Assembly (NCBI RefSeq): GCF_009914755.1
Contig: NC_060939.1
DNA length: 64,000 nucleotides
DNA from: the human T2T-CHM13v2.0 reference genome, Homo sapiens
Strand: one strand, 5' to 3'
The notes below the pieces were generated by a model, which was not told the origin of the DNA, did no database searches, and saw only the letters and a program-made list of their open reading frames with translations. Position numbers and translations under genes: made by a program. How positions within the stretch are numbered: the first letter of the stretch is position 1; every line of letters begins with the position of its first letter. Positions 16,048 through 35,721 of the stretch are shown piece after piece.

Positions 16048-16242
16048 GGATGATGTCAACACTGGACAGGGTTGGCTCCCACCTGTCCTGGGCTCTTCTT
16101 GCTCCAACAGGACCCTGGGTTGCAGCCAGCACAAGGATTGTGAGTTCCAGTTCCTGAAATGGGCCCCTCACTCAAAGCATCAGGGCCTAAGTGGGGGTGA
16201 CTTTGAGGAGCAAGAGGAAGAAGATCTGGGTTCTGAAAATCT

Positions 16243-16538
16243 CTTTTTCTTTTTTTTTGAGACAGAATTTCGCCCTTTCGCCCAGGCTGGAGTGCAGTGG
16301 TGTGATCTCAGCGCTGCAATCTCCGTCCCCCAGGCTCAAGTGATTCTCCTGCCTCAGCCTCCCTAGTAGCTGGGATTACAGGCGTGTGCCACCACACCTG
16401 GCTAATTTTTGTATTTTTACTAGAAACCGGGTTTCGCCGTGTTGGCCAGGCTGGTCTCGAACTCCTGACCTCAGGTGTTCCACCCGCCTTGACCTCCCAA
16501 AGTGCTAGGATTACAGGTGTGAGCCACCACACCCGGCC
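16243..16538 (-). mobile_element. AluS
   Basis: Alu consensus, antisense. Confidence 0.88.
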
Positions 16539-16894
16539 ACTGAAATCTTTATATTAATCAGTAAGGCCCACAGATCTTCCACTCCGGCATTGATACTAAT
16601 CCAGAAAGCAGGCTTTGGTTATGGTCTTGGCCAATATAGCTCTGGACAATGAACCAGCTATGCAACGCACTATACAACACACCCAGCTTATTCAGCAGGT
16701 TACATAAAAGGGAAAGAAGGCAAATACATACAACAGTGTGCAGAGAAGCACCATTTGTTTTGTTACTGAATTATTAATAATTTAATTTATAATCCTGAAT
16801 TTAAAATGTGACGAGGGTAAAATAGCAGAGATTTGGCATGCTATGTTCTCCGTATTCACCCCATCCCTGTGGGCCTTCATAACCACCCCACAGT

Positions 16895-17870
<976 letters not shown>

Positions 17871-18061
17871 CAATATCCTCTAACTAACGTCTGCCTCCTA
17901 CTGCTCCAACAAGGCAGATTCAGGTGGCCATAATCAGAACCAGTGTAGACTCCAGGAGACTGAGGCAGCCAGAACAGAGTGCTTCCAATCTGCAATCTGT
18001 GTGGAGCCTGGCACTGCATGACCTCATCACGTCTTTTAGAAGACAAAGTGGCGCAGCAGGC

Positions 18062-18185
18062 CAGTGCACTCCAATCTGTAATGTGCATGTGAGTCTCCTG
18101 GGGATCTTGTTAACACCCAGTTTCTAGTGAACTCCTAGGGGATGTTATGCTGTGGTCCTCAAACCACACTTTTGAGTAGCAAGAA
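18062..18185 (+). mobile_element. MER5A/B-like hAT-Charlie MITE fragment
   Basis: cagtg...taatgtgcatgtgagtctcctggggatcttgttaa...accacacttttgagtagcaag. Confidence 0.55.
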
Positions 18186-20377
18186 GCTGGATGATACCTT
18201 GGCCAGGAGGATTCAGGACTGGCTGAGTCATTACGCCCTACAGGATACTGTCAGAGTCAGTAGCACAAGCACAGTGACCTTCCCAGCCTTCCTCCCCCAC
18301 TCCCCGCCCTGGGAGCTTCTGTTTGGAGAAACATGTGCCCATTTCCCTTTCAGGGAGGTGTGGGAGGATGTGTCCTGCTGGGGGACTCTCCTACACTCCT
18401 GGTGAGGTGGCCTTCATCCTCCTTGTTACTTCCCTCTCCGTCTTCCTTTCCTGCCTGGAGCTCAGACTCAATCCAGTGCCACAGGAGGAGCCTATTTTCA
18501 AGCAGGAGAATGAAAACCATTTTCCAGACAGGGTGAGGTGCAGAGCTGTGGAGCCTGGCCCTGGAGGTGTTACAGAGCCCCTGTCTGTGTCCTGGACTGC
18601 TCACCGCCAGGCTTCCAGGCACTGAGAAAAGCACCTCACTTGTTATCTCACCATTCTGCAATTTTTTTCTTATATACTGTCAATTGAGGCTCCAAAAAAT
18701 GATCCTCATGGGGGTTTGCTTGACCAAATATGAGAAAAACTTCACAAGAGGCCACCCCCATAGGATATAATGTGCACTAGGAACATGCCACATGGACTGC
18801 AAATGACCCTGATCCTTCACACTCAGGGATATTGATCTCAGCTTAATTTGGGACTTAATGAAAATAGGGAATTACTTGAGAGTAGTAAAAATGTACTCTG
18901 TGGATAAAAAATACTTAATTACAGATGTAACTGAGAAACTTAAAAACTGCATAGAGCAAAAGAGAAGGAAGTAATTTGCCAAGCACCACCCACGTGCTGG
19001 GCTTTCTATATTTTACCTCTGAGTCCCCACAAAGGCCCAGGCAGAATGGCTCACTGCTGCTGTTCAAACACAAGCCGCAGACAGTGCAGGTCCATCAAGA
19101 AGCCGACGGAGTTTCCTCTCAGGGACCTTCACCTGCCCAGGAACTTTCCACCCTGGAAATGGCTCTAGCAACATTCTTGCACGGTTTTGTTTCATGTATT
19201 TACAAAAGTAGGATATTTTGATATTTTTTATTAAAGAGTGTTCCAGTTACTCTGGCTGTGTAACGAATTGCTCCCTAATTTAGTGGCTTCAAACAATAAT
19301 AATCAGAGCTGGATTTCCTGTCTAGATAAGATAGTTTAAACTTGTTTCCTCTTGCTTCTCCCAACTAGATACACCCTGGAAATAACACAAAAGACAACCA
19401 AACGAGCACTTGGAAAGGCTGTAAGATGAAGGCAAACTGGTTGGGCCACAGGACTGGATAAACAGCATAGAGGTGGGCACCTTACAACTCCTTCCCAGGT
19501 ATAAAACAATGACCCAGGCCTAGTGTTTCCTGCCACCAGGATTAGGTGGCCAGGGTTGGCTCATTTCTCCCATAGTGGGAGCTGGAGTCCCACTGACAAC
19601 ACCAGGCGAGCCCAGCAGAACTGGCCGGGGAGATCCATCACAAGCCCAGCAGACCCTCTGCTGCCAGGGGACGCGCTCTCCTGCCCTGTCAGGTCTGAGA
19701 TTCCATTCCTCAGCGCAGAAACCATGCAGCCTGTGGGTCACGGGGGTCAGCAAAGAGGATCCCACCGTAACAAGCACCCAGCCTGGGAAACTTCTTTGTC
19801 TCTGCAAGACTGTGACTCTCTTCCCTCCCTTGAGACTGATGCTGAGATAAATATACCAGGCAATGGGTGGCATTATCAAGGAGGAAGTGCCCTCACTGCA
19901 ACAAGTACCTAGCCTAGGAAGCACTCTTCCCCTCTGTGGCTGGAGACACACTTCCTTCACCTAGGAAGCACCAGGGAGCATGTCTGAGGAAATTCCTTCT
20001 GCTCCCTCAATCAGTACCTGCAGGGACCAGTAGGAGCCCCAGGCTCATGAGAAAAATCAAGCAGTCTAAAAAAGCACAGCAAAGTCTCTGAAAATTAGAT
20101 GTTATTGCAACCACAGCCCACAAAAGTAGGTCACACCTGCATTGCTAAACCTAAACAGGGTAGTTGCCTACTAAAATAAAAAGTTTAAATAAGACCTGGA
20201 ATTTCCTAATCTAAGACTCAAAATTCCAGGCCACAATAGAAAGTCATCTGTCATATCAACAACCAGAAAAATTGCAACTTAAATGAGAAAAGCGACAAAC
20301 TGATACCCACAGTGAGATGAATCAGATGTTGGAATTATTTAATAAAACAATTATTTTATCTTATTTTGTTTTAGTTC

Positions 20378-21760
<1,383 letters not shown>

Positions 21761-22900
21761 GAACAACAAATTTTTAAAAATTGAAATAATGCAAAGTGTG
21801 TTCTCTGACTATAATTGAAATAGACTAAAAATTACAGTAACATAACAAGAAAATTTCTAAACACTTGGGAATTAAACAACAAACATTTAAGTAATCTATG
21901 AATCAAAGGAAGTCTCAAAGGAAGAAATACATGGAACTTAATAAAAATAAAAACACAACATATAAGATTTATGGACTGCAGATAAAGCAATGTTGAGAAG
22001 GAAATTTAAACCACTAAATGCTTACAGTAGAAAATAGAAAAACTTTCAATATAATACTCTGAGATCTTGTTTCAAAAATGTACAGAGAAAATAGCAAGAT
22101 AAAACCAAAGCAAGCCGAAGAAAGAAACTAACAAGTGCAGAAATCCATTAATTGAAAACAAAAAATGAAATCAATAAAACAAAAAACCTGTTCTTAAAAA
22201 ATCCATAGAATTGATAAACCTCTAGCAAAACCAATAAATATAAAAAGAATGAAGACACAAATCACCAATAACAGGAATGAAATAGAAAATATCACTATAT
22301 CATGCACACTTTTTTCAGCTAAATAAATAAATAAGAAAATATTGCTACACATACTTGGCCCATTAAAATGGTAATAAGGAAATATTATAAACAACTTCGT
22401 GTTCACAAATTCAACAACTTAGAAAAGATAGACTAATTCCTTGAAATTCACAAACACCACACTCACTATGATGGAATAGATAATCTGAATAGAACTATAA
22501 CCATTAAATAAATTGAATTTGTAATTCAAAAACACTCAGAAAAGAAATCTCTAGGTCCAACAGTCTTATTGGAGTATCTTACCAAACATTTAAAAATAAT
22601 TAACACAAATACAGAAATTTTACTCTCTCTCTCTCTATATATATATATACATGCATACACATATACATATACACACACACACACACACATACATGTGTAT
22701 ATATATATATGTTAGAGAGTGAGAATATATATATTTGGTAGAGATGGAGCCTCACTGTGTTGCCCAGGCTGATCTCAAACTCCTGCCCTCAAGCATTCCT
22801 TAGCCTTGGCCTCCCAAAGTTCTGGGATTACAGAAATGAGCCACCATGCCAGAATTACCTGATGGCAAAGCTAGACAAAGACAATACAAAGAAAGAAGAT

Positions 22901-23297
22901 TGTATTAATCCGCTTTCACATGATATAAAGACAAACCTGAGACTTTGTAAATTATAAAGAAAAGATGTTTAATTGGCTCACAGTTCTGTGGGCTGTACAG
23001 GCTTCTACTTCTGGGGAAGCCTTAGAAAACTTATAATCATGGTGGAAGGTGAAGTGGAAAAAGGCTTATCTTCACATGGCCAGCAGAAGAGAGAGCAAGT
23101 GAAGGGGGAAATGCTATACACTTTCAAACAATCAGATCTCATGAGAACTCTATCATGAGACAGCACTAGGGATATGGTGTTAAACCATTAGAAACCACCC
23201 TTATGATTTAATCACCTCCCACCAGGCCCTTCTTTTAACACTGGGGATTACAATTCAACATGAGATTTGGGTAGGGACACAGAGCCAAACAATATCA
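22901..23297 (-). mobile_element. MSTA/THE1D-like MaLR solo LTR
   Basis: TG...CA ends; 5-bp TSD AAGAT/AAGAC. Confidence 0.8.
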
Positions 23298-24009
23298 AAG
23301 ACCATAGACCAATATCTCTCATGAGCTTAGATGCAAAAATCTTAGAAAATTAACTCCAACAAAGTATAAAAAGAATTATATACCATCACCAAGTGGGATT
23401 TAATCCAGAGTTGCAAGCCTGATTCGACATTTGAAATCAATCAATATAATCTACAAAAACCCTACAGCTAACATCATACTTAATGGTGATAAACTGAATG
23501 CTTTCCCCCCAAGATTGGGAAGAAGGCATGTAAGCTGTTCTCACCACTCTTATTCAGTATGGTACTGGAAGCTCTAGCTGCTTCAGTAAGGCAATAGGCA
23601 AGAAAATGCAGTACAATGCATTCATAGGGAAAGGAAAGAAATAAAAACCACTCCTATTTGCAAATGACGTGATTGTCTACGTAAAATCTCAGGTAATTAA
23701 AAAAAAACTCCCAGAACTAAGAAGTGAGTTCAGCTGGTTTTCAGGATACAAGATCAAAACACAAAAACCAATCCCATTTCTATATGCTAACATGTAGAAA
23801 CCGAAATGAGAAGCACAATACCATTTACAACAAAAGTGAAATACATGTGTATGAATTTAACAAAATACATGCAGAATCTCTAGGCTGAAATTTATAAAAT
23901 GCTGATGAAATAAATCAAAGGAGCCCTAAGTCAGTAAAGAGACATCATGTTTATGGATTGGAGGACTCAACATAGTAAAGATGAACTATTGATCTATTAG
24001 GTTGATCTA

Positions 24010-25600
24010 TTAGGTTGGTGCAAACATAATTGCGATTTTTACCATTAAAAGTAATGGCAAGCTCTCCCTCCTCCTCTCCCTCCCCCTCCCCCTCCCTCTT
24101 GTCTCCGTCTCCCTCTGCACGGTCTCCCTCTGATGCCGAGCCGAGGCTGGACTGTACTGCCGCCATCTCGACTCACTGCAACCTCCCTGCCTGATTCTCC
24201 TACCTCAGCCTGCCGAGTGCCTGGGATTGCAGGCGCGCGCCGCCATTCCTGACTGGTTTTCGTATTTTTTGGTGGAGACGGGGTTTCGCTGTGTTGGCCG
24301 GGCTTGTCTCCAGCTCCTGACGTGAGTGATCTGCCAGCCTCGGCCTCCCGAGGTGCCGGGATTGCAGACGGAGTCTCGCTCACTCAGTGCTCAGTGTTGC
24401 CCAGGCTGGAGTGCAGTGGCGTGATCTCGGCTCGCTACAACCTCCACCTCCCAGCCGCCTGCCTTGGCCTCCCAAAGTGCCGAGATTGCAGCCTCTGCCC
24501 AGCAACCACCCCCTCTAGGAAGTGAGGAGCGTCTCTGCCTGGCCGCCCATAGTCTGGGATGTGAGGAGCCCCTCTGCCCGGCCGCCCAGTCTGGGAAGTG
24601 AGGAGCACCTCTTCCCGGCCGTCATCCCGTCTAGGAAGTGAGGAGCGTCTCTGCCTGGCCGCCCATCGTCTGGGATGTGGGGAGCGCCTCTGCCCCGCCG
24701 CCCTGTCTGAGATGTGAAGAGCGCCTCTGCCCCGCCGCGACCCCGTCTGGGAACTGAGGAGTGTCTCTGCCCCGCCGCCACCCCGTCTGGGAGGTGAGGA
24801 GCGTCTCTGACCGGCCGCCCCGTCTGAGAAGTGAGGAGCCCCTCTGCCCGGCAGCCGCCCTGTCTGGGAAGTGAGGAGCGTCTCCGCCCGGCAGCCACCT
24901 GTCCGGGAGGTGGGGGGCAGCCCCCGCCCGGCCAGCCGCCCCATCCGGGAGATGGGGGGCGCCTCTGCCTGGCCGCCCCTTCTGGGAAGTGAGGAGCCCC
25001 TCTGCCCAGCCGCCACCCCGTCTGGGAGGTGTACCCAACAGCTCATTGAGAACGGGCCATGATGACGATGGCGGTTTTGTCGAATAGAAAAGGGGGAAAT
25101 GTGGGGAAAAGAAAGAGAGATCAGATTGTTACTGTGTCTGTGTAGAAAGAAGTAGACATAGGAGACTCCATTTTGTTCTGTACTAAGAAAAATTCTACTG
25201 CCTTGGGATGCTGTTAATCTATAACCTTACCCCCAACCTCGTGCTCTCTGAAACATGTGCTGTGTCCACGAAGGGTTAAATGGATTAAGGCCGGTGCAAG
25301 ATGCGCTTTGTTAAACAGATGCTTGAAGGTAGCATGCTGGTTAAGAGTCATCACCACTCCCTAATCGCAAGTTCCCAGGGACACAAACACTGCGGAAGGC
25401 GACAGGGTCCTCTGCCTAGGAAAACCAGAGACCCTTGTTCACATGTTTATCTGCTGACCTTCCCTCCGCTATTGTCCTATGACCCTGCCAAATCCCCCTC
25501 TCCGAGAAACACCCAAGAATGATCAATAAATACTAAAAAATTAAAAAAAAATAAAAAATAAAAGTAATGGCAAAACTGCAATTACATTTGCACCAACCAA
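24010..25600. mobile_element. MADE1 (Hsmar1-derived MITE) split by SVA
   Basis: Left arm ttaggttggtgcaaacataattgcg... (24010-24060) and right arm ...ctgcaattacatttgcaccaacc (25560-25600) are the inverted repeats. Confidence 0.88.
24061..25559 (+). mobile_element. Full-length SVA retrotransposon (older subfamily, SVA_B-like)
   Basis: Degenerate CCCTCT hexamers, antisense Alu-like region, GC-rich VNTR (~24490-25030), SINE-R, AATAAA and A tail; TSD AAAAGTAATGGCAA (24047-24060 / 25560-25573). Confidence 0.95.
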
Positions 25601-25689
25601 GTTTAATGCAATTTCTACAAAAATTCCAAAAAATTTTTTTTTGTAGACATAGACAAATTTATTCGAAAAGTTATATGAAAAAACACAGG

Positions 25690-26500
<811 letters not shown>

Positions 26501-27261
26501 CAAAGAAACACCTTAACCTAAACCTCACAATTCGTTAAAAAATTATCTCAAAATGGATTATGGGCTAGGGCTATGGATAGAGTTACAGATTTTAAACCAA
26601 AAACACAATTGACAAAAGGAAAAACTGAAAAATTAGACCTCATGAAAAGAAAAAACTTTTGTTTGACAAAATACACAGTTCAGATAAAAAGGCAATTTAT
26701 AGACTTGGAGTAAATCTTTGCTAATATGTATTTGACCCAAAAAATTGTATTTAGAATACATAAAGAAATATTATATTTGACAGTATAAAGCAAAACCAAG
26801 CAAAAATCCAATTAGATAATGGGCAAAAGACATGAACAGACAATTCACTGAAAGAGAGCAAAGGGATGGCAGATAAGCATATAAAAACATCATTCAACAT
26901 CAGTAACCATTTGAGAAATGCAAATTAAATCCACTTTGAGATAGCACTATACAGCTATCAGAATATTTAAAATAAAAACTAATGACAAGCGGGATGGCAG
27001 TTTAGGAAGCTCCAGGATCCCCCAAGGAAACACTGAATAAATAACAACACTGCACAAAAATAGCTTTGTGAGAACTCTAGAAACCAGTTAAGAAACTGCA
27101 GCAACCAACTAAAAAAAATTTTTGAAGGGGTTTATTCCACTTGCAACGCAGATCCAAACATTTGTATAAAGTCATATGCGAATACTATAGGCATGAAAGA
27201 TGTACGTTTACCTGCACCTGCACACATCACTGATCATATTGTACACAAGGACAGATTTTTA

Positions 27262-28417
27262 CATTTTTTTTAAAATTTTGGGGTTGAGGAACATGTACAG
27301 GTTTGTTACATCAGTATATTGCGTGATGCTCTAATCTAGGTTTGGGCTTCTAATGATTTCATCACTTAAGTGGTGAACATAGTACTCAACAGGTAGTTTT
27401 TCAACCCTTTCCCGTCTCCTTCCCTCTCTCTCCCCGTTTTGGAATCCCCAGTGTTTATCGTTCCTATCTTTGTGTCCATGTGTACCCAATGTTTAGTTCC
27501 CACTTACAAGTGAGAACATGAGGTATTTGGTTTTCTGCTTCTACGTTAATTTGCTTAGATTAATGGCCTCCAGCTGCATCCATGTTGCTGCAAAGGGCAT
27601 AATTTTGTTATTTTTTATGGCTGCATAGTATTCCGTGATGTATATGTACCACATTTTCTTTATTCAATCCACTATTGATGGGCACCTGGATTAATTCCAT
27701 GTCTTTGCTATTGTGAATAAATAGTACTGTGATAAACATATGAGTGCGGGTGTCTTTTTGGTAGAATGATTTATTTTCCTTTGGATATATACCTGGGTAA
27801 TGGGATTGCTGGGTTGAATGGTAATTCTACTTTTAGTTCTTTAGGAAATCTACAAACTGCTTTCCACAGGTGCTGAACTAATTTGCATTTCCATCAACAG
27901 TGTATAAGCATACACTTTTCTCCAGTATCTCACCAACATCTGTTATTTTTTGACTTTTTAATAATAGCCATTCTGACTGGTATGGGATGATATCTCACTG
28001 TGGTTTTGACTTGCATCTCTCTCATAATTAGTGATGTTGAGCATTTTTTCCATATGTTTCTCAGATGCTTCTCTGTCTTTTTTTGAAACTGTCTTTCATG
28101 TTTTTTGCCCACTTTTAAATGGTGCTATTTATTTATTTTTGTTAATTTGTTTAACTCTCTTGCAGATTCTGGATATCAGTCCTTTGTTGGGTACATAGTT
28201 TGTAAATACTTTCTCTCATTCTGTAGGTTGTCTATTTACTCTGTTGACAGTTTATTTTGATGTGCAGAAGATTTTTAGTTTAACTAGGTCCCAATTGTCA
28301 ATTTTTGTTTTTGTTGTATTTGCTTTTGAGGACTTAGTAATAAAGTCTTTGCCTAGGCCAATGTCTAGAAGGATATTTTCTAGAGTCTCTTATGGGATAT
28401 TTATAGTTTAAGGTCTA
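27262..28417 (-). mobile_element. 5'-truncated L1PA16/L1PB-like 3' end, antisense
   Basis: Poly(T), then caggtttgttacat...tattgcgtgatgct...cccacttacaagtgagaacatg, typical L1P 3'UTR reverse complement. Confidence 0.85.
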
Positions 28418-28596
28418 AGGACATTGTATAATGATAAAAAGATCAATTCTTCAAGAAGATGTAACAATTATGAACATATATGCACCAAATATCAGATCTC
28501 CTAAATCTATGAAGGAAATATTGATGAATTGAAGGGAGAAATAGACAGCTCTACAATAATAGTTGGATATTTTAGTACTATTTTTCACTTATGGAT

Positions 28597-28997
28597 TGGT
28601 ATGGTTTGGATCTGTGTCCCCACCCAAATTTCATGTTGAATTGCAATTCTCAGTGTTGTGGGTGGGGCCTGGTGGGAAGTGATTGGATCATGAAGGTGAC
28701 TTCTCATGGTTTAACATCATCACCCTAGTGCTATCTCATGATAGAGTTCTCATGAGATCTGGTTGTTTAAAAGTGTGTAGCACCTCCCCACTCTTTTCTT
28801 TCCCCTGTTCCAGCCATGTAAGATGTGCCTGCTTCTTCTTCATCTTCCACCATGAGTGAAAGTTTCCTGAGGCCTCCCCAGAAGCTGTCATACTTCCTGT
28901 ACAGCCTGCAGAACCATGAGCCAATTAAACCTCTTTCATATATAAATTATCCAATTCCAGGTATTTCTTTATAGCAATGCAAGAACAGACTAATACA
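28597..28997 (+). mobile_element. MSTA MaLR solo LTR
   Basis: tggtatggtttggatctgtgtcccc...agactaataca; TSD TGGAT/TGAAT. Confidence 0.85.
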
Positions 28998-30452
28998 TGA
29001 ATAGAACAACTGCATATAAAATCATTGAGAAAACAGAGGACTTGAACAACAGTATAGACCAATTGATCTGACAGATATATATAGAACACTACACCTAACA
29101 AGAGCAGAATACACATTTTTCTCTAGTGCACATGGAACATTCTCTAGGGTAGATCATATATTAGGACACAAAACAAGTCTTAATAAATTTTAAAAGTTTG
29201 AAATCATACAACTTAACTTTTCTGATCACAATTGAATGAAACTAGAGATCAATAGCAGAAGGAAAACTGAAAAAAACACAAATGTGGAAATTTGTATGTG
29301 AGAAATAAATAACACACTTTAAATAACCAATGGGTCAAAGAAGAAACCACAACTGAAATTAGAAAATATCTTGAGAAAAATAAAAACAAAACATGACATG
29401 TCAAAACTGTGGGTGCAGCAAAAGCAGTGGTAAGAGGAAAAATTATAGCTGTAAATGCTTAGAGTAGAAAAGAAGAAAGATCTCAAATCAACAATCTAAC
29501 TTATACCTTAAGGAACTAGGAGAGGAAAAACAAACTAAACTCAAAGGTAGTAGAAGGAAGGAAATAATAAAGATTAGTGAAGAGATAAATAGAGAATAGA
29601 AAAACAATAGAGAAAATCAATGAAACTAAAGTTGGTTATTGGAAAAGATCAACAAAATCAGCAAATATTTAGCTGGATTGCATAAGAAAAAAAGAGAAGA
29701 CTTAAATAACTAAAATCAGAAATGACAGAGGGTACATTAAAACTGATTTTGCAGAAATAAAAAAGGATTGTAAGAGAATACTATGAACGACTCTCAACAA
29801 ATTGGATAACCTAGATGAAATGGGTAAATTCCTAGAAACACATGATCTGCAAGACTGATTCATGAAGAAATAGAAAAGCTGAACAAACCTATATCCATCA
29901 AGGAGAATGAATTAATAACAAAAAAGCTTCTAACAAAAAAAGAGCCCTGGACCAGATGTATTCTACCAAGAATTTAAGTAATGAATTAACACCAATCCTC
30001 CGCACATACTCCCCAATAAATTAAAAAGGAAGAAACACACTTTAACTCATTCTAAGTGGTATTACTTTGATACCAAAACCAGACAGAGACACTAAAAGGA
30101 AAGAAAACAACAGATCAATATCTCCAATGAATACTAATGCTAAAATCCTTAACAAAATACTAGTCAACAGAATTCAACAGCATATTAAAAGAATTATACA
30201 TCTTGTTCAAGTGGGATTTATTCCTGGAATGCAAAGATAGTTCAATATATAAAAATCAATCAATGTTTTTTCATTTTACATCACATCAATAGAATGAAGG
30301 AAATAACCACAGGATTATTGCAATTGATCCAGAAAACATCTCAATTTTTGTTGAATTTGACAAAAGTCAGCACCCTTTCATGAGAAAAACACTCAACAAA
30401 GTAGGAATATAAGGGAACTACCTCAACATAATAAAAGCCATATATATATATA

Positions 30453-31398
<946 letters not shown>

Positions 31399-33920
31399 CT
31401 ACAAGAGGAATGAATCTTGAAGACATTATGCTATAAGTGAAATTAGCCAGTCACAACAGGACAACACTGTAAGATTCCAATTATATGAGGTACCTCGAGT
31501 AGTCAAATCCATAGCAACAGGAAGTAGAATGACGGTTGCCAGGGGCTGGGGGCAGGAGGGAATGAGGAGTTGTTGTTTAATGGATACAGAATTTCAGATA
31601 TGCAACTTGGAAAGAGTTCTGGAAACTGGCTGCACAATAATGTGAATGTACTTAACATGACTGAGCTGTACATTTATAAATGGCTAAGATGGTAAATTTT
31701 ATGTTATATATATTTTACCACAATTCAACATTTTAAAAATGCTGGTGAAGATGTATAGAAAAATGGATCACTCATCTATTGCTGCGGGAATATAAAGTGG
31801 CACAGCCATTCTGGGATGCGGTTTGGCAGTTACCTATAAAACCAAACATGCAGCTACCATATGACCCAGCAATTGCACTCTTGGGCATTTATCTCGGAGA
31901 AATGAAAATTTATTTTTACACACAGCCCTGTGCATGAGTGTTCATAACAGCTTTATTTGTAATAGACCCAAAGTAGAAACAGCCCAGATATTCTTCAATA
32001 AGTGAAAGCCTAAACAAACTATGGAGCATCCATGTTATGGATACTCAGTCATGAAAAGAACAAACCATTCACACACACACAACAACTTGGATGAAATTTC
32101 AAGAGAATTATGCTGAGTGAAAAAAGTCAATTCCAAACGGGTACATACTGTCTAAATCCATTTATGTAACATCTTTGAAATGATAAAATTATAAAAATGG
32201 AGAGCAGATTAGTGGTTGCCAGGGTTAGGGAAAGGGTGGGAGGAAAGGGAGATGGAGCGGCTATTAAAAGGGATCCTTATGGGGATGGAAATAGCTGTGC
32301 CTTGATGAATCTATGTCAATATCTTGATTGTGATGTTGTACTACAGTTTTGCAAGATGTGATTATTGGGGGAAACTGGTGAAGGGTACATGAAAATCTCT
32401 GTATTACTACTAATATCTGCATTTGAATCTACAATTATCTCAAAATAAAAAAGTTTAATTTTAAAAAAGCAATAATAATAGATTATTATCTCTCCCTGTT
32501 TTCTGTGAGCATGGCAGCTACAGGTTGTCTTTGCTCCTGTGTGTCTGGGGTCTTAAGTGAAAAATGCTAAGGCAGGGGTGGGACCAACTGGAGGCCTCTT
32601 CCCGACCTATCTATCAGTAAGTTGGTGCTGGCTGCTGGCTGCTGGCTGGGACCCGAACTTGACTGTCAACCAGGACACCCACACATGGCTTCTCTGTGTT
32701 GCCTGGGCTTCCTCACAGCATGGTGGCTGGCTTCAAGTTCAAGTGTCCCAGTTAAAAAAACCAAGCCAATGGGAAGCAGTGTCATCATTTTTGACTGAGC
32801 CTCAGGAGTCACCCGGCAAATCCGCAGTCACAAAGTCTCCCCCAGACACAGGGGGAGGGAATTCTTACTTCTTCACGGGATTAGGCAAGGTTCTAGAAGG
32901 ATAAATATTGTCATGGCCACTTTTGTAAAGAGTCAGCTTCCTCAAAGAAGGTCTTCCAAAGTGTAGAAAGTCCAGGCCTCAACACTCAGATCCTCCTTGA
33001 AATGCACTCTGAGAGACTAATGAGCTGTGATTTGAACCTGGGTCCCTTGGCCTAGGAGCCCCAAAAAGCTGGGGCAGTGTCTGGAGGCAGTCCCCTTCCT
33101 CCGCTTCCCTTCCTTTTCTGCATGGCTGGATGATTCGTTGGGCCCAACATGACCCAGTGGAGCCACCGTTACCAGCACGTGGTCAGGAGGAGGCTCAGGT
33201 GAGGGCCGGTACAGACTAAGCTGGAGCCCCAGATGCTGCCATTGCAGACACCTCCAGACTGTGGCCCTGGAACCAAGGGGCCTCAGCACAGGGAACTCAG
33301 AGGAAGGGCGTCGGGCAGGTATGAGGCCCCATCCCAGGCCATTTGGGAGTGGGGTAGACCAGGACTTCTTCAGATCAGAGGACTTCCCTCTTCCATCTGC
33401 TTTCCCTCAGGAAAAATGGCCTAGGGAAGATTTTTCAGCGGTTGACAGATGGGATCCATCCCTCCATCCACCCATCCAACACTCTGGGACCTGCTCGCCA
33501 GGATCCGGGATGATGGGAGCGGGAGACCAGCACAGATCAGCGCAAGGCCAAGCGGACACTTGGAAGCCCCCATTGTGGCCACCACACTCTAAGTGCCTGT
33601 ACTCAGGACTGAGCTGATCTGTGTCGGGGCTGGAAGGGCAGAGGCAGGAGGGAGACCCTCCAAGGCTGGAAAGGTGGGTGCTGGAGCTCCAAGACTGTGG
33701 TGAGGGAAAGGCACTGCAACTGAGAGTGGGGCTTGGACGAGGGGATGTGGCTGAGGCCCTCACAAGGCTGCGGGTCCTCGCTGAAGTCCCTGGTTGGAGG
33801 CTGCAGCCTCAGGGAACGGGGTGGTGGAAACTCCCTCCACTGTCACAGAGAGATGGCCAGGAAGTAAGTCTCCACCTGAGGACTAGGGGAAAGCAACAAA
33901 GCCCAGCCTATGCCCCACAC

Positions 33921-35270
<1,350 letters not shown>

Positions 35271-35398
35271 TATGGGTTTGGAGTCTGAATTTACACCTGT
35301 CGAATTGTGGAAATCTCCATGATTAACATCCATTAGGTCCCAGGCAGGAGATATCTTTGCAGTGCATGACAGAGGCAAATAGAAAAATTCTCACAGAA

Positions 35399-35700
<302 letters not shown>

Positions 35701-35721
35701 AAATTCTCACAGGAAAAAAAA

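Noticed and set aside
24045-25522. Repetitive ORFs of up to 203 aa
   Set aside because: SVA VNTR, Alu-like and SINE-R translations.
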